This document shows, piece by piece, positions 27,465 through 40,390 of a stretch of DNA of 64,000 bases. Every line of letters begins with the position of its first letter. Within the stretch, counting starts at the first letter, position 1. A model generated the notes under the pieces. That model saw only the letters and a list, made by a program, of their open reading frames with translations, did not search any database and had not been told where the DNA came from. Position numbers and translations under genes: made by a program. The stretch covers positions 91,514,001 through 91,578,000 of the forward strand of contig CM052816.1 in assembly GCA_028534125.1 (NCBI GenBank). The letters run 5' to 3'. The stretch comes from Lama glama (Eukaryota).

Positions 27465-28399
27465 TTATGTTATGTTATGTTATCATAAATTGCACTGTGT
27501 GAGTTATATATGTTAGAACTATATGTTGGTTCATCTCTCATCCAACTGAAACCGTTCAAAATGCCAAGGTAATTTTCTGAGCAACTGAACATTTAAGTCA
27601 TTCTCTTAAGCAACTTGACAGGCTAAAATGCACAGGCTACACATTTCCCTCTGTACATGTGACTCAATTGTCTTCTGGTACTTAGAGTTGCAGAGGAGAA
27701 GATTAATTACCACAGACAGCTTCTAGTCAACCTATTCCAGAGGCTTAAACAAATTTTTTTCTTTAACTTTGGAAATTCAAAACTTCTGTCAGGATGTAGG
27801 TGTCTTTTATTATTGATTTTTCCTGGAACACAGTATGCCTTTTAAATTGGTATCCTCACATTTTAAAACTCAGACTCAACAAAGCCTATGAACATGAAAG
27901 CTCTTTTCTCAAATATGCCTTTAATTATCACTTTAGTAGAGTTTTTCCAGGGTCTCTTCCATGTCACTTCTTTGATTTTCTATATCATCAGTTCTTTATT
28001 TTACTACCTCCAGTAGAAAATTTAACTCTGTGATGATATGGTTGCCTCCCTTATAGGAATTCCCTGTCCCATTTATCTGCTGTACATGTCACTGTTCCGC
28101 CCTTTCTCCTGGCCTTCTCTCTCCTTTGTCCTTTTCTTCTTTATCATAAAACTCAGATATTCTTACTGCCATTAATTGATGCCAGATTTCCAAACTTTTC
28201 TTACAGCTCCTATAGTAAATACTTTTCAAAAACATTTTTTTGGTTCCCTTTAAGTTTTGGGCATGATGTCCCCTTTATCAAAGTTTGTTGTATTGAATGT
28301 TCACACATGCTCCGGAGATCTGAGATATGATCAGACCCATTGTTGATTTACACAATGGTTAGAGATTACATTCTGGCTCCGTCACTGTGGTGGCTGGTC

Positions 28400-29124
28400 A
28401 AGGTCGTGCTGATATTCTTGTTGCCCCATGGGCTGTTGTGAGGTCCACAGGGAGCCCTTGGCCTGTGGTTTTCAGATGGGTTCAGCCAATAGGAATCTCT
28501 GGCAGGAGAATGGAGGGAGGGAGGAGAGTGAGGTTATGGTGTTTATTCCTCTGGCTCCTTCCTGAGGTTGTTGGTCCCTTGACTGAAGGTCACAGGTCCT
28601 CCTAAAGCATCCACGTCACACAGCTCTCTCCCTCTCCAGATTCTGGTAAATGCTCCCCGTCCCCCTCCCTTGACTTTTTGAGCCTGTGGGTAATGACAGC
28701 CCTCTTGTTTTTAACCCCAAGGTACTCTGATCAATAATGATTTCTCTTACTTTCATAAATAGTTCTTTCTGAACTGTATCAATTGCACATTGATTTCATG
28801 TGTCAGCTTGGTGAGGTTATGGTGCCTAGCTGATTGCTCAGACTAGTTTAAATGTTGTTGTGAAGGCATTTTGTAGATGTGATTAACACTTACGATCAGT
28901 TGACTTTTATATTCAGATTCTCCTCCACATATGAGTGGGCCTTGTCTAATCAGCTGAAGGACTTAAGAACAAAAACTGAGAATTCCCAGAGAAAAAGAAA
29001 TTCTGTTTCAGGACTATAACATAGATAGCAGTGTACTGGGCTTCCCTATAGATTTCAGACTTGCAAGGGTCCCCACAATCTTGTTCAGCCAGTTTCTTAA
29101 AAAAAAGTCTCTCTCTTTCAATAG

Positions 29125-29184
<60 letters not shown>

Positions 29185-29290
29185 ATCTACCTATCTCTCC
29201 AATTTGTTCTTTTACTCTGGAGAACCCTGACTGATATATATTCTCACATTATCCTAATTTAATGCAGATATCTGATTTATGTGGCTGACT
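28400..29290 (+). mobile_element. LTR16-like ERVL LTR interrupted by an MLT2 LTR (~28780-29237)
   Basis: gggttcagccaatagga...ggagggagggaggagagtgaggtt (LTR16-like); catgtgtcagcttgg...ctggagaaccctgactgata (MLT2). Confidence 0.7.
29131..29184. repeat. Perfect (TATC)13 tetranucleotide microsatellite
   Basis: Uninterrupted tatc repeats inside the MLT2 LTR. Confidence 0.97.
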
Positions 29291-29799
29291 GCTGTGAAGG
29301 CCCTGATGTAGCTACATCTTGAGATTAGTCTGAAGGGTGCCGGCAGTTCGCACCTGAACTCTCGTTCCGTCATTATTTCTCACAGCAGCTTCTTTTGTGC
29401 TGCTCTGGACCAGCGATTACAGCAGGTACTGGAAAGGGGAGCTTGGCCCCTGCCTTCATGGAGCTCTCAGACACCTGGGAAACCTGAAAACTGCAGTAAT
29501 TGCGACTGATATGATGGTGAGCTAAGAAAGATGCCGTGGCTCACCTTCCGTTGTCTTGGGCTTCAGGAGGTGTCTGTGGGAAAAGCAGCTCCAGGCTGAC
29601 AGGAAAGGTGTGTAGTCATTCAGGTTAACAGAAGGGGTAGCTGGAAGATTTCTGGACACCAGAGCTGCCACCGTGAAGCTTTAAAGGTATGACTGTGGCT
29701 GGTGGACCAATGTACTGTCTGTTTATACTAATCTTCCCAGTCTTTCTCCCTGACTCTCTGTTGTTTTTTTCCTTTAATTTTCCCTTTACTTATTTTTAA

Positions 29800-30025
29800 A
29801 TTTTTTTATTGGAGTATAGTTGGTTTACAATATAGTATTAGTTTCAGGTGTACAGCACAGTGATTCAGTGATACAGATATAGATATATATTCTTTTTCAT
29901 ATTCTTTCCCATTCTAGGCTATTACAAGGTATTGAATATAGTTCCCTGTGCTCTACAGTAGGACCTTGTTTTTTTCATCTGTTTTATAAACAGTCATGTG
30001 CATATGTTAATCCCAAACTCCTAAA
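29800..30025 (-). mobile_element. Short L1 3' end
   Basis: ttttattggagtatagttggtttacaat...ggtgtacagcacagtgattcagt; homologous to 18300-18505. Confidence 0.88.
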
Positions 30026-31616
30026 TTAGCTCTGATATTTTAAAGAGACATATCATAGGAGGAGCCTCACCTCCTCAGCAGACCCTGCTGCCAGGGCCGT
30101 TTCTATGGCTACATCCAGGGCACTTCACCTGGGTCCCCTCCCCTCCCCTCCCCGAATATTCTCCTCCAAGCCTCCTTCTTCTTGCTTGAAGTTCCCTGGG
30201 CATTTCATTCTCCAATGAATTTAAGCATAAAAGTACTACCACATTTTGAAAATCACATGTAGTGCCCCAATTGGCTTTTCCAGGCAGATGAGACACTTCT
30301 ATCCGATCCTCTGATTGGTACCATCCTTACTTTTCTGAGCCAGAAGCAAAGAAAGTATACACATTTCCACCAATTTTATAGTCATTGGAAATCCCCTCAA
30401 ATTCTGGAAGGAGTTGCCCATCAGTTCTTCATTTGAGAACCATGTGTGTCATTATTACTTTATTGATAGGTGGATGGACAGATGATGGGCGGAGCTTCAG
30501 CCAGAAAAACCAGAAAGTGAAGCAAAATGTTAGAGGAAGCCAGGAGAGGTTTCTTCAAGAACTGTTAGCCAGATGTCATTTTGAAACATGAGGGCTGAAT
30601 CCATCCTGTGTGATAAGAGGATGAGATTCAATTCCATTTACGTAAGCCTGCCGACTAAGGCAGGCCCTTGATTGGATCAAAGAGGGTTTTCTGTTGGATC
30701 CTCTGATAATTGCTTCATTTCTGCATTTAGTGCGTGTATTTTGCAGGAATGGTGTTCAAGGGAGCAGGGAATGGTTGGCCTAATTGGCGGGTCCGGGTTT
30801 ATAAGCAGGCTGTTTTCATCTTGCTCTTCTTTAGAAATAATGAGGTTTGTAAAATCACTGAAACTCTGTGTCTGAACACGTGACCCTCCTCACCTCTCTC
30901 TTCTCATGATTTTATAAACAGCTGGTGCTGCCTGGCAGTTCGACAGAATAAAGCCGCTTTTGCGGGGGGGGGGACATCTGTATCCAATATCGACTATCTC
31001 TGGTGTGTCTGTGTCCCTTCTCCGTGTGTCACATGATGGAAGGCAGGCTCACAGTTTTGGGTCTTTGCCCCATGTACTTCTCTGTGTCATGAAATGAACA
31101 GCCACTTCCTCTCCAAGGCTCGTAAATGCTACGGAGATTTTCATTTTCCATCAAGAAGATGAGGTTTTCTTTCTCCCTGTGATCCCAGAAGACCTTGCAG
31201 CTGGTGCTTTGCAAAAAGTGAAGCAAGGATCTCCAGGCTCTTGATTGTACCATCTGCTCTGTGGCATCGTTAGTCCCAGCACAGAGTGAACCCCAGGCTT
31301 CCCCTTTGGTTTTGTAAATAAAAACAAGGGACATAAAACAAGCCATAACTGATATTCAGAGCTGAACAAGATTGGGTGATGCCTATAGATATAAGATTCA
31401 TATCAGTGTCCTCATTTTCTTTCTTGAATTTCCCATTTAAAGAAACTTAACTTATAAAACGGTCTTAGAAAATACCCTTTTGCTTATAAATTCTGATAAG
31501 TGATTTGAAATGAATCATAAATAGATCGATGTAACTTAACCTGATCTTGTCCCAATTAGAAGAAAGGAGTTTGCTTAACAGAGAGAGTATTTCACAAAGT
31601 TAATGGTCTATAACAA

Positions 31617-31765
31617 CAGTGCTCAGTGTGTGGCCCCCAAACCGGCAATATCAACATCTCTTAAAACTCGTTAAGGATGCAAATTCTCAGGCCCCATCAA
31701 AATCAGAAGGTCCAGGGATGGGGCCCATCAATCTGTTTTAACAAGCCTTCCAGGTGGTTGTGATC
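31617..31765. mobile_element. MER5A
   Basis: atgcaaattctcaggcccc...ggggcccatcaatctgttttaacaagccttccaggtg. Confidence 0.8.
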
Positions 31766-31914
31766 TGAAGTCCTCAACCCGATCCTTAAAGGGGGACGGT
31801 TGATGTGGGGCCGGAGATAAATTCAGTATCTCCACAAGGTGTTAGTGAGGTAGTGATAAGTAACTTCGGGCCTGAGCTGCTTTTCCTGTGAGGAGTCACG
31901 TAAGTGATCTTCTG

Positions 31915-32070
31915 ATTTACATGTATTAATTTAATTAATCCTCATAACAATCCATGTGGTAGGTTCTGTTATTCTTCTCTCAGATGAGGAAACTGAGGTA
32001 AGGACCTTGCCCATGTCACCCAGTTTTATCAGCAGCAGAGGCCCGATCCTATTCAGGAAATCTGGAGCTG
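31915..32070 (-). mobile_element. MIR SINE
   Basis: aatcctcataacaatccatgtggtagg...cagatgaggaaactgagg...ccttgcccatgtcac. Confidence 0.85.
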
Positions 32071-35000
32071 GGAACTGGTCACCTCTCCCTGGATTTGCAG
32101 GGATCTGGGAAGTGGCTGGAGACTTTTCACAAGAAACCCGGCGACCCTCCAGGGGGAAGTTCTGCATCTGGACTTGCTCCTGGAAGTACAAAGTTAAGGG
32201 AGCATCTCAGGAAAAGTAGGTTACAACTTAATAGGGCAAGGAGCTGGTGCTGTCTGATGGGAAAGTATCTTTGTCCCCAGAATCACACCCAGATAACAGC
32301 ATAGAATTGAGTAGGTAGTCCCTTTCTCAATGTTACAGCTCAATCTAATGGAATAATTCTCATATTTGACTCCTAATGGATACTTTTTCCTAAATTTCAA
32401 TTTCCAAGTCCAGTGCTACTGATGCTAGAAAATTCTGCATCCCCATGGAACGAGACTGAAGCTCCTGGTTGATTGCATCTCCTGGGGATTATTGGAAATG
32501 TGCAGGTTAAACCTACTTGGGAGTGTTCAGAGGTGTCTGTTTATACTCTTTAGAGTTTACTTTCTTTCTGCTCTGACCGTGATCGAAACTTGTGTAACAT
32601 AGTAAACTTCCATTTAACTAGAATGAGAGCAGATGGAATGTGCAAATCTTAAAATTTCTCCTGGATTGTCACCATGGTTCAGCATAACATTGTTTGCAGC
32701 ATCATTGGTAAGAAAATTTTATTACATTATTTTGTGTACTAATGGTTTGAGAACAATTAATCAAGAGAGTTTCAGAGTGGGGAAAGTTGGAGTTCTGATA
32801 TAATGCCAATTTACTCTTTGCTTGGCTTCCTCCTATTGGCTTATATCCACTATTGGGATAGTTCCTTTTCGGTGCCTAACTTGGACAGCCCGAGTCACAG
32901 ATGCTCTTCTAGGCCTTTCAAGGACAGGTGAACAGAACCCAAGAGCCCAGGCTCCCCTTTCTATCCGACATCCACTGGGCAGACTTCCTGTTCACCGTCT
33001 CCTCTGCAAGCCCTAGCTGGTTTTTGGTCCCCTCTTCCACATCTGGCTGTGGTCTCCTCCATCCACCTGCTACCACATTCACAGCAGCTCAAGTACCCAG
33101 TGCTGCTGGCTGAGCACAGCCCCTCGGTGTGGCTGGGGGGTCACCTCTGTCTTCATTGATGAGCATGGCCAGAGCCGTCGGCAGTGGTTAGAACCTCTGT
33201 CAGGGTCGCCCAGACCTCTCAATCGCTGCCACTGCTTTTTCTCCCGGGCTCCCGGACACCACCGTGCCACGGCTCTCTTCCGTTTTCACAGAGGCCAAAA
33301 CAGCCGAACAACGGAACAGAAAAGGACTTGAGGTACAGTTTTTCAGGGCTGAAAATACCAAGATTCTTGGTGCCCAGTCCGCCTTCTCTACCTTGAGGCT
33401 CCCGGTAATATTACTGTGCCTATTTAAGAGCCAGCTTTTTTGAGTAGAAAAGCGATATGTTACCAGATTCACAACAACTTCGCAGTGTCAGAAACTGAAT
33501 CCCAGCAGACTAAGTTCACTTTGAAGCTTTCAAAACCGCACCAAGCCGAGCTAAGGGCTCACCCGGTGGAAGAAGAACTGCCATTTACCAAGACGCACGT
33601 GTAGGCAACAAAGCCCATTCGTGAGTCAGAAACATGTTAAAATTATAACTTGAAGATTTTTTTAAAGAGTACCATCTTGATATTGAGATGCAGAACTTAG
33701 ATTGCGTTAGAATTGGAAAGAAAATGGAAACAATTCACACGGAGGTTTCTAGTCTAATCCCTTTCCTCTGTAGAAGACTCTCTTGAAAGCCAAAAGCATT
33801 GTATGTTTAGGACCTTTTCCGGGAGTAGGCTACATTGAGGTAAGTTTGTATCTTATAAATTGGGGTATTCATCAAGAATGCACTTGCAGTAAGAAGGTAA
33901 ATAAATCAATTCTTGAATCAAAACTGACCACTTTTGAATTATAATTGATGTGCTTGAGTTCAGGCCTGGCATCTGAAGATGGCTGCAGCGGTATTACATG
34001 ATTAAGAAGCCAGGAATCTATGCAAATGAAAGAGAAATAATCAAGGCCTTCCTGAAGACAACTGTGGACAGCTTGGTGGAGTAAAGCCCGAAAAGCTGCA
34101 AGATCCTTTTGCATTTGCACCCTGAGGGCATCGCTAGAGGTGCAATCAAGTTACTTATTATTTACACTCTTACAGGGCTACAGAGTTGACCAAGCACTTT
34201 TATCTGTCATCTCTTACCCTATAACCCAGGCAAGAGCTCTGGGCCAAATTCCCACAAGTGAAAAATGAGGCCATCAGGGAAAGAAAGATTAGGTAACCTG
34301 CTCAGGGTCATATAGCTAACACAGAGCTGGTACTTTTGATGCTAAGACGATTGGTGTCTCCATGACTCTAAGCCATCTCAGGACAGGCAATGAACACACT
34401 ATGGCCACTGCTGCTTTGCTCCAATAAAATCTTGGAAGAAGCAGTTACAGGAAGCAGCCCCTCATGGTATAAGGAATGCGTGATGATTTCAGTGATGGCA
34501 TTTTCATAGCCACCATTCAGCCTTCCTGGCCTCTCCAGCCAAAAATGGTAGCTGATGAACTACCCTTATCAGTCCTGTTACCATCATAGCTGACACTGAT
34601 AAAGGGACACACCATCCATCAATGCTTCAGATGTACGTATGCCTGGTACCTCCACGCTTCGGTCAACAGTTAAACATTCTATTTTCTTCACGAAAGGCTT
34701 GCATCCTTCATGGATGGTTACAACTTATATCTTGAGGGAAAATATCATATGCATTTAGCAGAGATTAGAAGAAAATGGATATAGGCCCTCATTTTTCAAG
34801 GTTGACCATTGGCATAACAGCATGAAAATGTTCGGAATAGCTCCGTCTGCACCATAATCTGAACATGATAACAGAAGCTGAACATCACCAGCAATACCAT
34901 TTTTCGATGCATAAATATTTATATTCCCCTTCTGAAAAATAAATACTAACTTTTTTTTTTAAAAGGACGTGGGAAAGAAAAGGAAATATCTATGTGTCTT

Positions 35001-35719
35001 TTAGTTTCTCTGCGGGGGACAATTCTTCCAGGTTCTGAATTTCCACCCGTTACCCCTCCCCAACCCCTCCCTGGCGGTCCTCCCTTTACTTGATCATAAG
35101 ATCAAATTGGATGCTGGGAACATTATCCAGCCATGATTTTAGCACCTGTCCTACCGCAGAAATCATCTGGACCGAGAAGTGCTCCTCTGTCTCTCCCTGG
35201 GAAAGCGAGAAGGATGTATCAATGAGACCTTAACATGAATATTGACCTGGGATGCCCGTATTTCAGACCCCAGGAGAAGGTCATACAGCCTGACAAGGCT
35301 ATAGGTTTAGAAAAGCCATTTAACACATGCAGGGATTTAAAGCAATTTCCAAAGATGAAGAGAAGATGACACCGGGTGAGTCTGAGCCATAAAGGACACA
35401 GTCAACTTTGGTACTTCAGACCTGGAGAAGCACAACCTTTGGGCCTTACGGGAAACCATCAGCCCTTCGACCCCGCCCGCCCATTCCCCAGCAGAGCGCA
35501 GAGGCGTGAGCTGCAGACCATGCTGACCATGCGCCAGAAGTTCACTGGGGATGGAGCTGGCTCCTGTAAGTAGGAGTGGTTTCAGCCATTCTAATCCCTG
35601 CACTCCGTCTCTACATGATTTCATATCTTCAGACCAAACTGTGGCCAATTTTGGTTGGACCCTGATTATGAAAATATTTCAGGTTTCAGTTTTCACTCCT
35701 TTGTGGGCGGATACAATAC

Positions 35720-36118
35720 TGTATTATTTCATTTTAGCTGCCATTACAAAGTACCATTGACTGAGTGGCTCGAGCAACAGAAATTTATTTTCTCCCAGTT
35801 CTGGAGGTTCAAAGTTCAAGGTTAAGATGTCCACAGGGTTGTTTCTTCTGAGGCCTTTCTCTGTGGTTTGTGGATTGCTGTCTTCTCCCTAAATCTTCAC
35901 ATTGTCTTCCTTCTGTACTTTTTTATGTTCAGACCTCCTCATCTTATGAGGACACCAGTCATACTAGGGTTTAACTGAATGAACTGATTTTAACTTAATT
36001 CCCTCTGTAGAGACCCTATCACCAATTAGAGTTACACTCTGAGTTACTGGGGTGGGGGGGGGGTGGACTTCAACAGATGGATTTTGCAGTGGGGAGAGAC
36101 ACAGTTCAGGACATAACA
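35720..36118 (-). mobile_element. MLT1B-like MaLR solo LTR
   Basis: tgtatta...caacagaaatttattttctcccagttctggagg...cttatgaggacaccagtcat...acacagttcaggacataaca. Confidence 0.88.
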
Positions 36119-37257
36119 AATCGTATCCAAGTTGACTCAAGGGAGGGACGAATCTGAATCATCTCCTGCTGGCTCCATGATCTTTGACAAAGAGCACATA
36201 TAAAAAATAGCATCTTTCTCAAGATGCTGGTAAGATCAACTAACAGTCCTTCAGCTTTAGTAGTGCCACTGGGGCTGAGTGACCATCTTACGTCTATGGA
36301 CCTACACGTTGGAATTTGAGTCAAAAATCATTTGCTCTTGGCTGAAGCTGTCATAATTTACTGTTTGTTTAGAATATAAATCCTGTCCACTGCAAAAGGA
36401 CTGGAGGTGGTATATAACTTTAAACATAATGAAAAAAGAGAAGAGTAATCATATGACATGGAGGGAAGAAACAGAGGTTACTAATTACCTGGAAAGAGCT
36501 ATAGATTATAGTTTGGCCTTAATTATTTTCTGGATTTCCTGAAAATGAAAGAAGACAGGGAAATATACTGAGATATGTCATCTTAATGGACTTACAGAAA
36601 GCAGGCAAGCTTTCCTGAAGAATAAATTTTTTACCCTGGAACTAAACCCAAGGAGAAATTTATGGTGTGAGACATTTTGCAGATACCTGAGTGAATTAAG
36701 AGTGTCAGATGTTGAATAAGGGATAGTGGGTCCTAAAATACAACAATGTCTTCAAATAGGTTTAATGAAAGTAATTATTTATAATGAAAACTGTCTTATA
36801 GCTAACTTTAGTGTTATAAGGGGAACATTTGGCATAATTCCTATCTTTGGGGAAATAAATTCCTTAGAAAACTCCTTTCTCCTTGGAGTGACTATTAGTG
36901 GGAGCAAGAAATCTTTAGATACTGAGTAAGCTACCACATTATAGCAAAGTCCATTAATGAGTCTGTAGACATGCAATAATGTGTCTAGAGACGATCTGGG
37001 CTTAGGAGTTGACAATACAAAGCTTTTTCAAAAGAAAATACAAACGTCGTCTTCTTTTCATTTTCTTTCTTTCCTCCTCTTCCATTCTCCTCCCCCTCCC
37101 CTTCCTGTTTTATTCTCCATTTTCCTCTTCTTTCTCCTCCTCCTCCTCTCCCCCACTTCTCTTCCTTCTTTAAATCTCTTGGCTCATGAAAGAAAGGGAT
37201 CAGAAGGGGTGATCAATGACAAGACTGAAGAGGAGCGGGGTGGCTCTCAAGAATAAG

Positions 37258-37660
37258 GGGGACCTGGAGATCATCATCCTGAGTGAAGTAAGCCAGAAAG
37301 AGAAAAAAAAATAACCATATGATATCACTTATATGTGGAATCTTAAAAAAAGACAGAAATGAACTTATTTACAAAACAGAAACAGACTCACATACATAGA
37401 AAACAAACTGGGGGGAAAGGAGTGGGAAGGGATAAATTGGGAGTTCACGATTTACAGGTTCTAGCTACCATATATTAAATAGATGAGCAACACATTTCTA
37501 CTGTACAGCATAGGGAACTATAGCCAATGCCTTGTAGCAGCCTATAATGGAAAAAAATATGAAAAAGGATTGTATGTATGTACTTGTAGGACTGAAACAT
37601 TATGTTGTACAGCAGAAATAGACACAGCATTGTAAACTGACCATACTTCAATTAAAAAAA
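37258..37660 (+). mobile_element. L1 3' end
   Basis: gacctggagatcatcatcctgagtgaagtaagccag...atacttcaattaaaaaaa; homologous to 8498-8750. Confidence 0.9.
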
Positions 37661-37699
37661 TTGATTTAAATTTTTAAAAGAGTAGGATGTTCTTTATTT

Positions 37700-38204
37700 G
37701 AAGTAGCCAGCCTCCAGGATAGCCCCCCAATGATCCTTGCATCCTGGAATTCATGGCTTTTGTGCTTCCCTCCCCCACTAGATCAGAGTGTTTAACAGGA
37801 TGCAGTGGAAGTGATGGTGTGTCATTTCAAGACAAGGTCACTAAAGGCACGTTGTCTTCCTGCTTGCTATCTCTTAACTCTTCCTTGGATCACTCACTCT
37901 GGGGGAAACCAGCCATCATGTCATGAGCAGCCCCACGGAGGGGCTTATGTGGGTGGGCTTCCTGCCAGTAGCCACTGAGTGAGGTTGAAAGTGGTTGTCC
38001 AACCTGTCAAGCCCTCTGATGACGACAGCCAGGGCTCATGTCTTAACTCAAAGACACCAAGCCAGACTCACCCAGTAAACTGCTCTCAAGTGCTACGAGA
38101 ACTTGTGACACAGCTGTAATAGAAACTGGACATAATACATGTGTATTACTTTAAATTGCCAAACATGGGGGTAATTTGCAATTTGTAATAGGAATCTAAT
38201 AACA
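37700..38204 (+). mobile_element. MLT1F-like MaLR LTR
   Basis: gtagccagcctccaggatagccccccaatgatcct...ttggatcactcactctgggggaaaccagc. Confidence 0.78.
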
Positions 38205-39039
38205 GCATTCAACTGCAAATTGTTTGCATTCCTGCAATGCAAATACATTCTCTCTCCTGCTGACATGTCATCTCCTCAGTGATGCTTTCCCTCATTGGTC
38301 TAGTACCCCCATCTCGTGGGCATGCACCCTCCTTCTAATCTTTACTTTAATCTAAACTTTAGTTTTCTTTATGGTCCTTGTCACTATAAGATATTACATT
38401 ATGTTTCTCTTTGTTCATTGTTCGTCTCTCTTCAAGCAAAGTAAACTTCGCAAGGATAGAGAATTGTCTGTTCTTGTCATGTTTTCAGTATGTAAGAAAG
38501 TGCTGGGCACGCTGCTGGTGCTCAGCAAACATTGGTTGAATAAGCTAAATGATTAACAGTTTTTGATAACTGTTGGCTCACGAGGACTGAATTCAGGGAA
38601 GAAAAGCCAATCAAGAGATGGCCAGAGGGGACCTGCCAAGCCAAGGACCAGCCAGATTTAAGGGAGGCTGGCAGATGGAGGTGTCCAATAGTCTTTGTGT
38701 TGCTTTCCAGAAATTTCCATGGGAGAACTAACAGACAGTTGTGACTCCAGAATTTCTATAAGGAGGTTTGGGTGGTTGGGAGGCTACCTGATTCAAGATG
38801 AATCCCCATGATCTCTTATGAAAGACTGACAAAAGATGAAGTGTTCATATTAAAGAAAGCAGTTTGATGGAGGGTTGGCTATAGTTGGCTATACCTGCCA
38901 ATGTGGATAGATGAATGGACTTCCTCTTATGCAGAGAACAGAGCTTTGAAGATTTTGTCATATAGATAATGCAGGAAATAATGTCTGACTATATTTTGTA
39001 GTCCTAGCCAGTAGATCTAGAGAATGTTTCAGCTTGCCT

Positions 39040-40390
39040 GAAGTCTTCTTCATTCTCTTTGTCTCTCTGGTCTCATCCAATTTGTAAGCAAATTCTTTTG
39101 GTGACATCTTCAAAACAAACCCAAAATCTGATCTGATCACATCTCAACACTTCCACCTCCATCAGCCTGCTCTAAGCTACCCTCATCTTCCAGTTAGATT
39201 GCTGCAAGAGCTCCCTAGGTAGTGTCTCTGTTTGCGCCCTGCCATCACTGTTTAGACACAAAACCAGAAAGCACCCTTTACAATATAAGTCAAATCACCA
39301 AATTTCTTGCAGTGGTACCAGCCTCTCACAAGGTGTCCCCATTACCTCTGTAACCCTATCTTCCAATACCCTGGGGAGTCTCTGCCCCAGCCATGCTGAC
39401 CTCCTTGCAGCTCCTTGGGTCAAGCCAGCAGGATCTTTGCTCTTGCCTCAGGACCTTTGCATTTGCTGTTCCATCTGCCTAGAATGCTCTTCCTGCAGGT
39501 ACCCACATTTCCTGTCCCCTCACCTCTTTCAAGTCTTTTCTCCAACATCACATTTTCAGTAAAGACTTTTCTGATTGTGCTTTGAAAATTGAAACCTCTC
39601 CACACAGCTCTCCCATCCCCCTTCCCTGCTTTATTCTGTACCGTAGACCTTCTCCTCTTGGTCCATAGACACATTCTCATCCATCCATACACACACACAC
39701 ATATTTCATTTTTTATTTTATTGTCTGCTTCTAGTGGACAAGTGCTTACAAAACTTTAATCTGAGGATCCTGTTAACACGCAGAGTCTGAATTTTTAACA
39801 TTCTAAGTGTTACTGATGCTACAGGTCCATAGATCATACTTGAGAAGTGAGTTTCTAGAGCTGTGCTATCTGATACAGCAGTCACTAGCCACGTGCGTTT
39901 AAGTTGAAATTTATGAAAATTAAATGAAATTTAATATTCAGTTCCTCAGTCACAACAGCCACATTTCAAATGCTCACTAAACCACACGTAACTAGTGGCT
40001 ACCCTGTGAGTTGGCACAGATACAGAATGTTTTATTATTGCTGGAATTCAAATTAGGTAGTGCTGCTTTGTACAGTACGGTAGCCACTAGCCACACATGA
40101 CTGTTTAAAGGTAAATTAATTAAAGTTAAATAACACTTTAGAATCAGTTCTTCATTCACACAAGCACCTTTCAAGTACTCAACAGCCACACGTGGCTAGT
40201 GGCCGCCATAAGGGACAGCAGAGATACAGGACATTTCCATCATTGTGGACAGTCCTGTTGGACAGGTTGGCTTTAGAATATAAACTTCACGAGAGCATGG
40301 ACTTTTGTCTGCCTCGTTCACTGCATTGTCACCAGTGCCTAAAACAAGGTCCCTCATTAATGAGCTTTCAGGAAATATTTGTTGATTTCA
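39040..40390 (+). mobile_element. L2 3' region interrupted by a MER5-like element and two MER3 elements
   Basis: gcctcaggacctttgcatttgctgttccatctgcctagaatgctcttcc; resumes after 40277 and ends aaatatttgttga. Confidence 0.75.
39858..40275. mobile_element. Two tandem MER3 (hAT-Charlie) copies
   Basis: Repeated blocks cactagccac...aaattaa...cagttc(c/t)tca...tttcaa...ctagtggc at ~39858-40067 and ~40060-40275. Confidence 0.8.
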
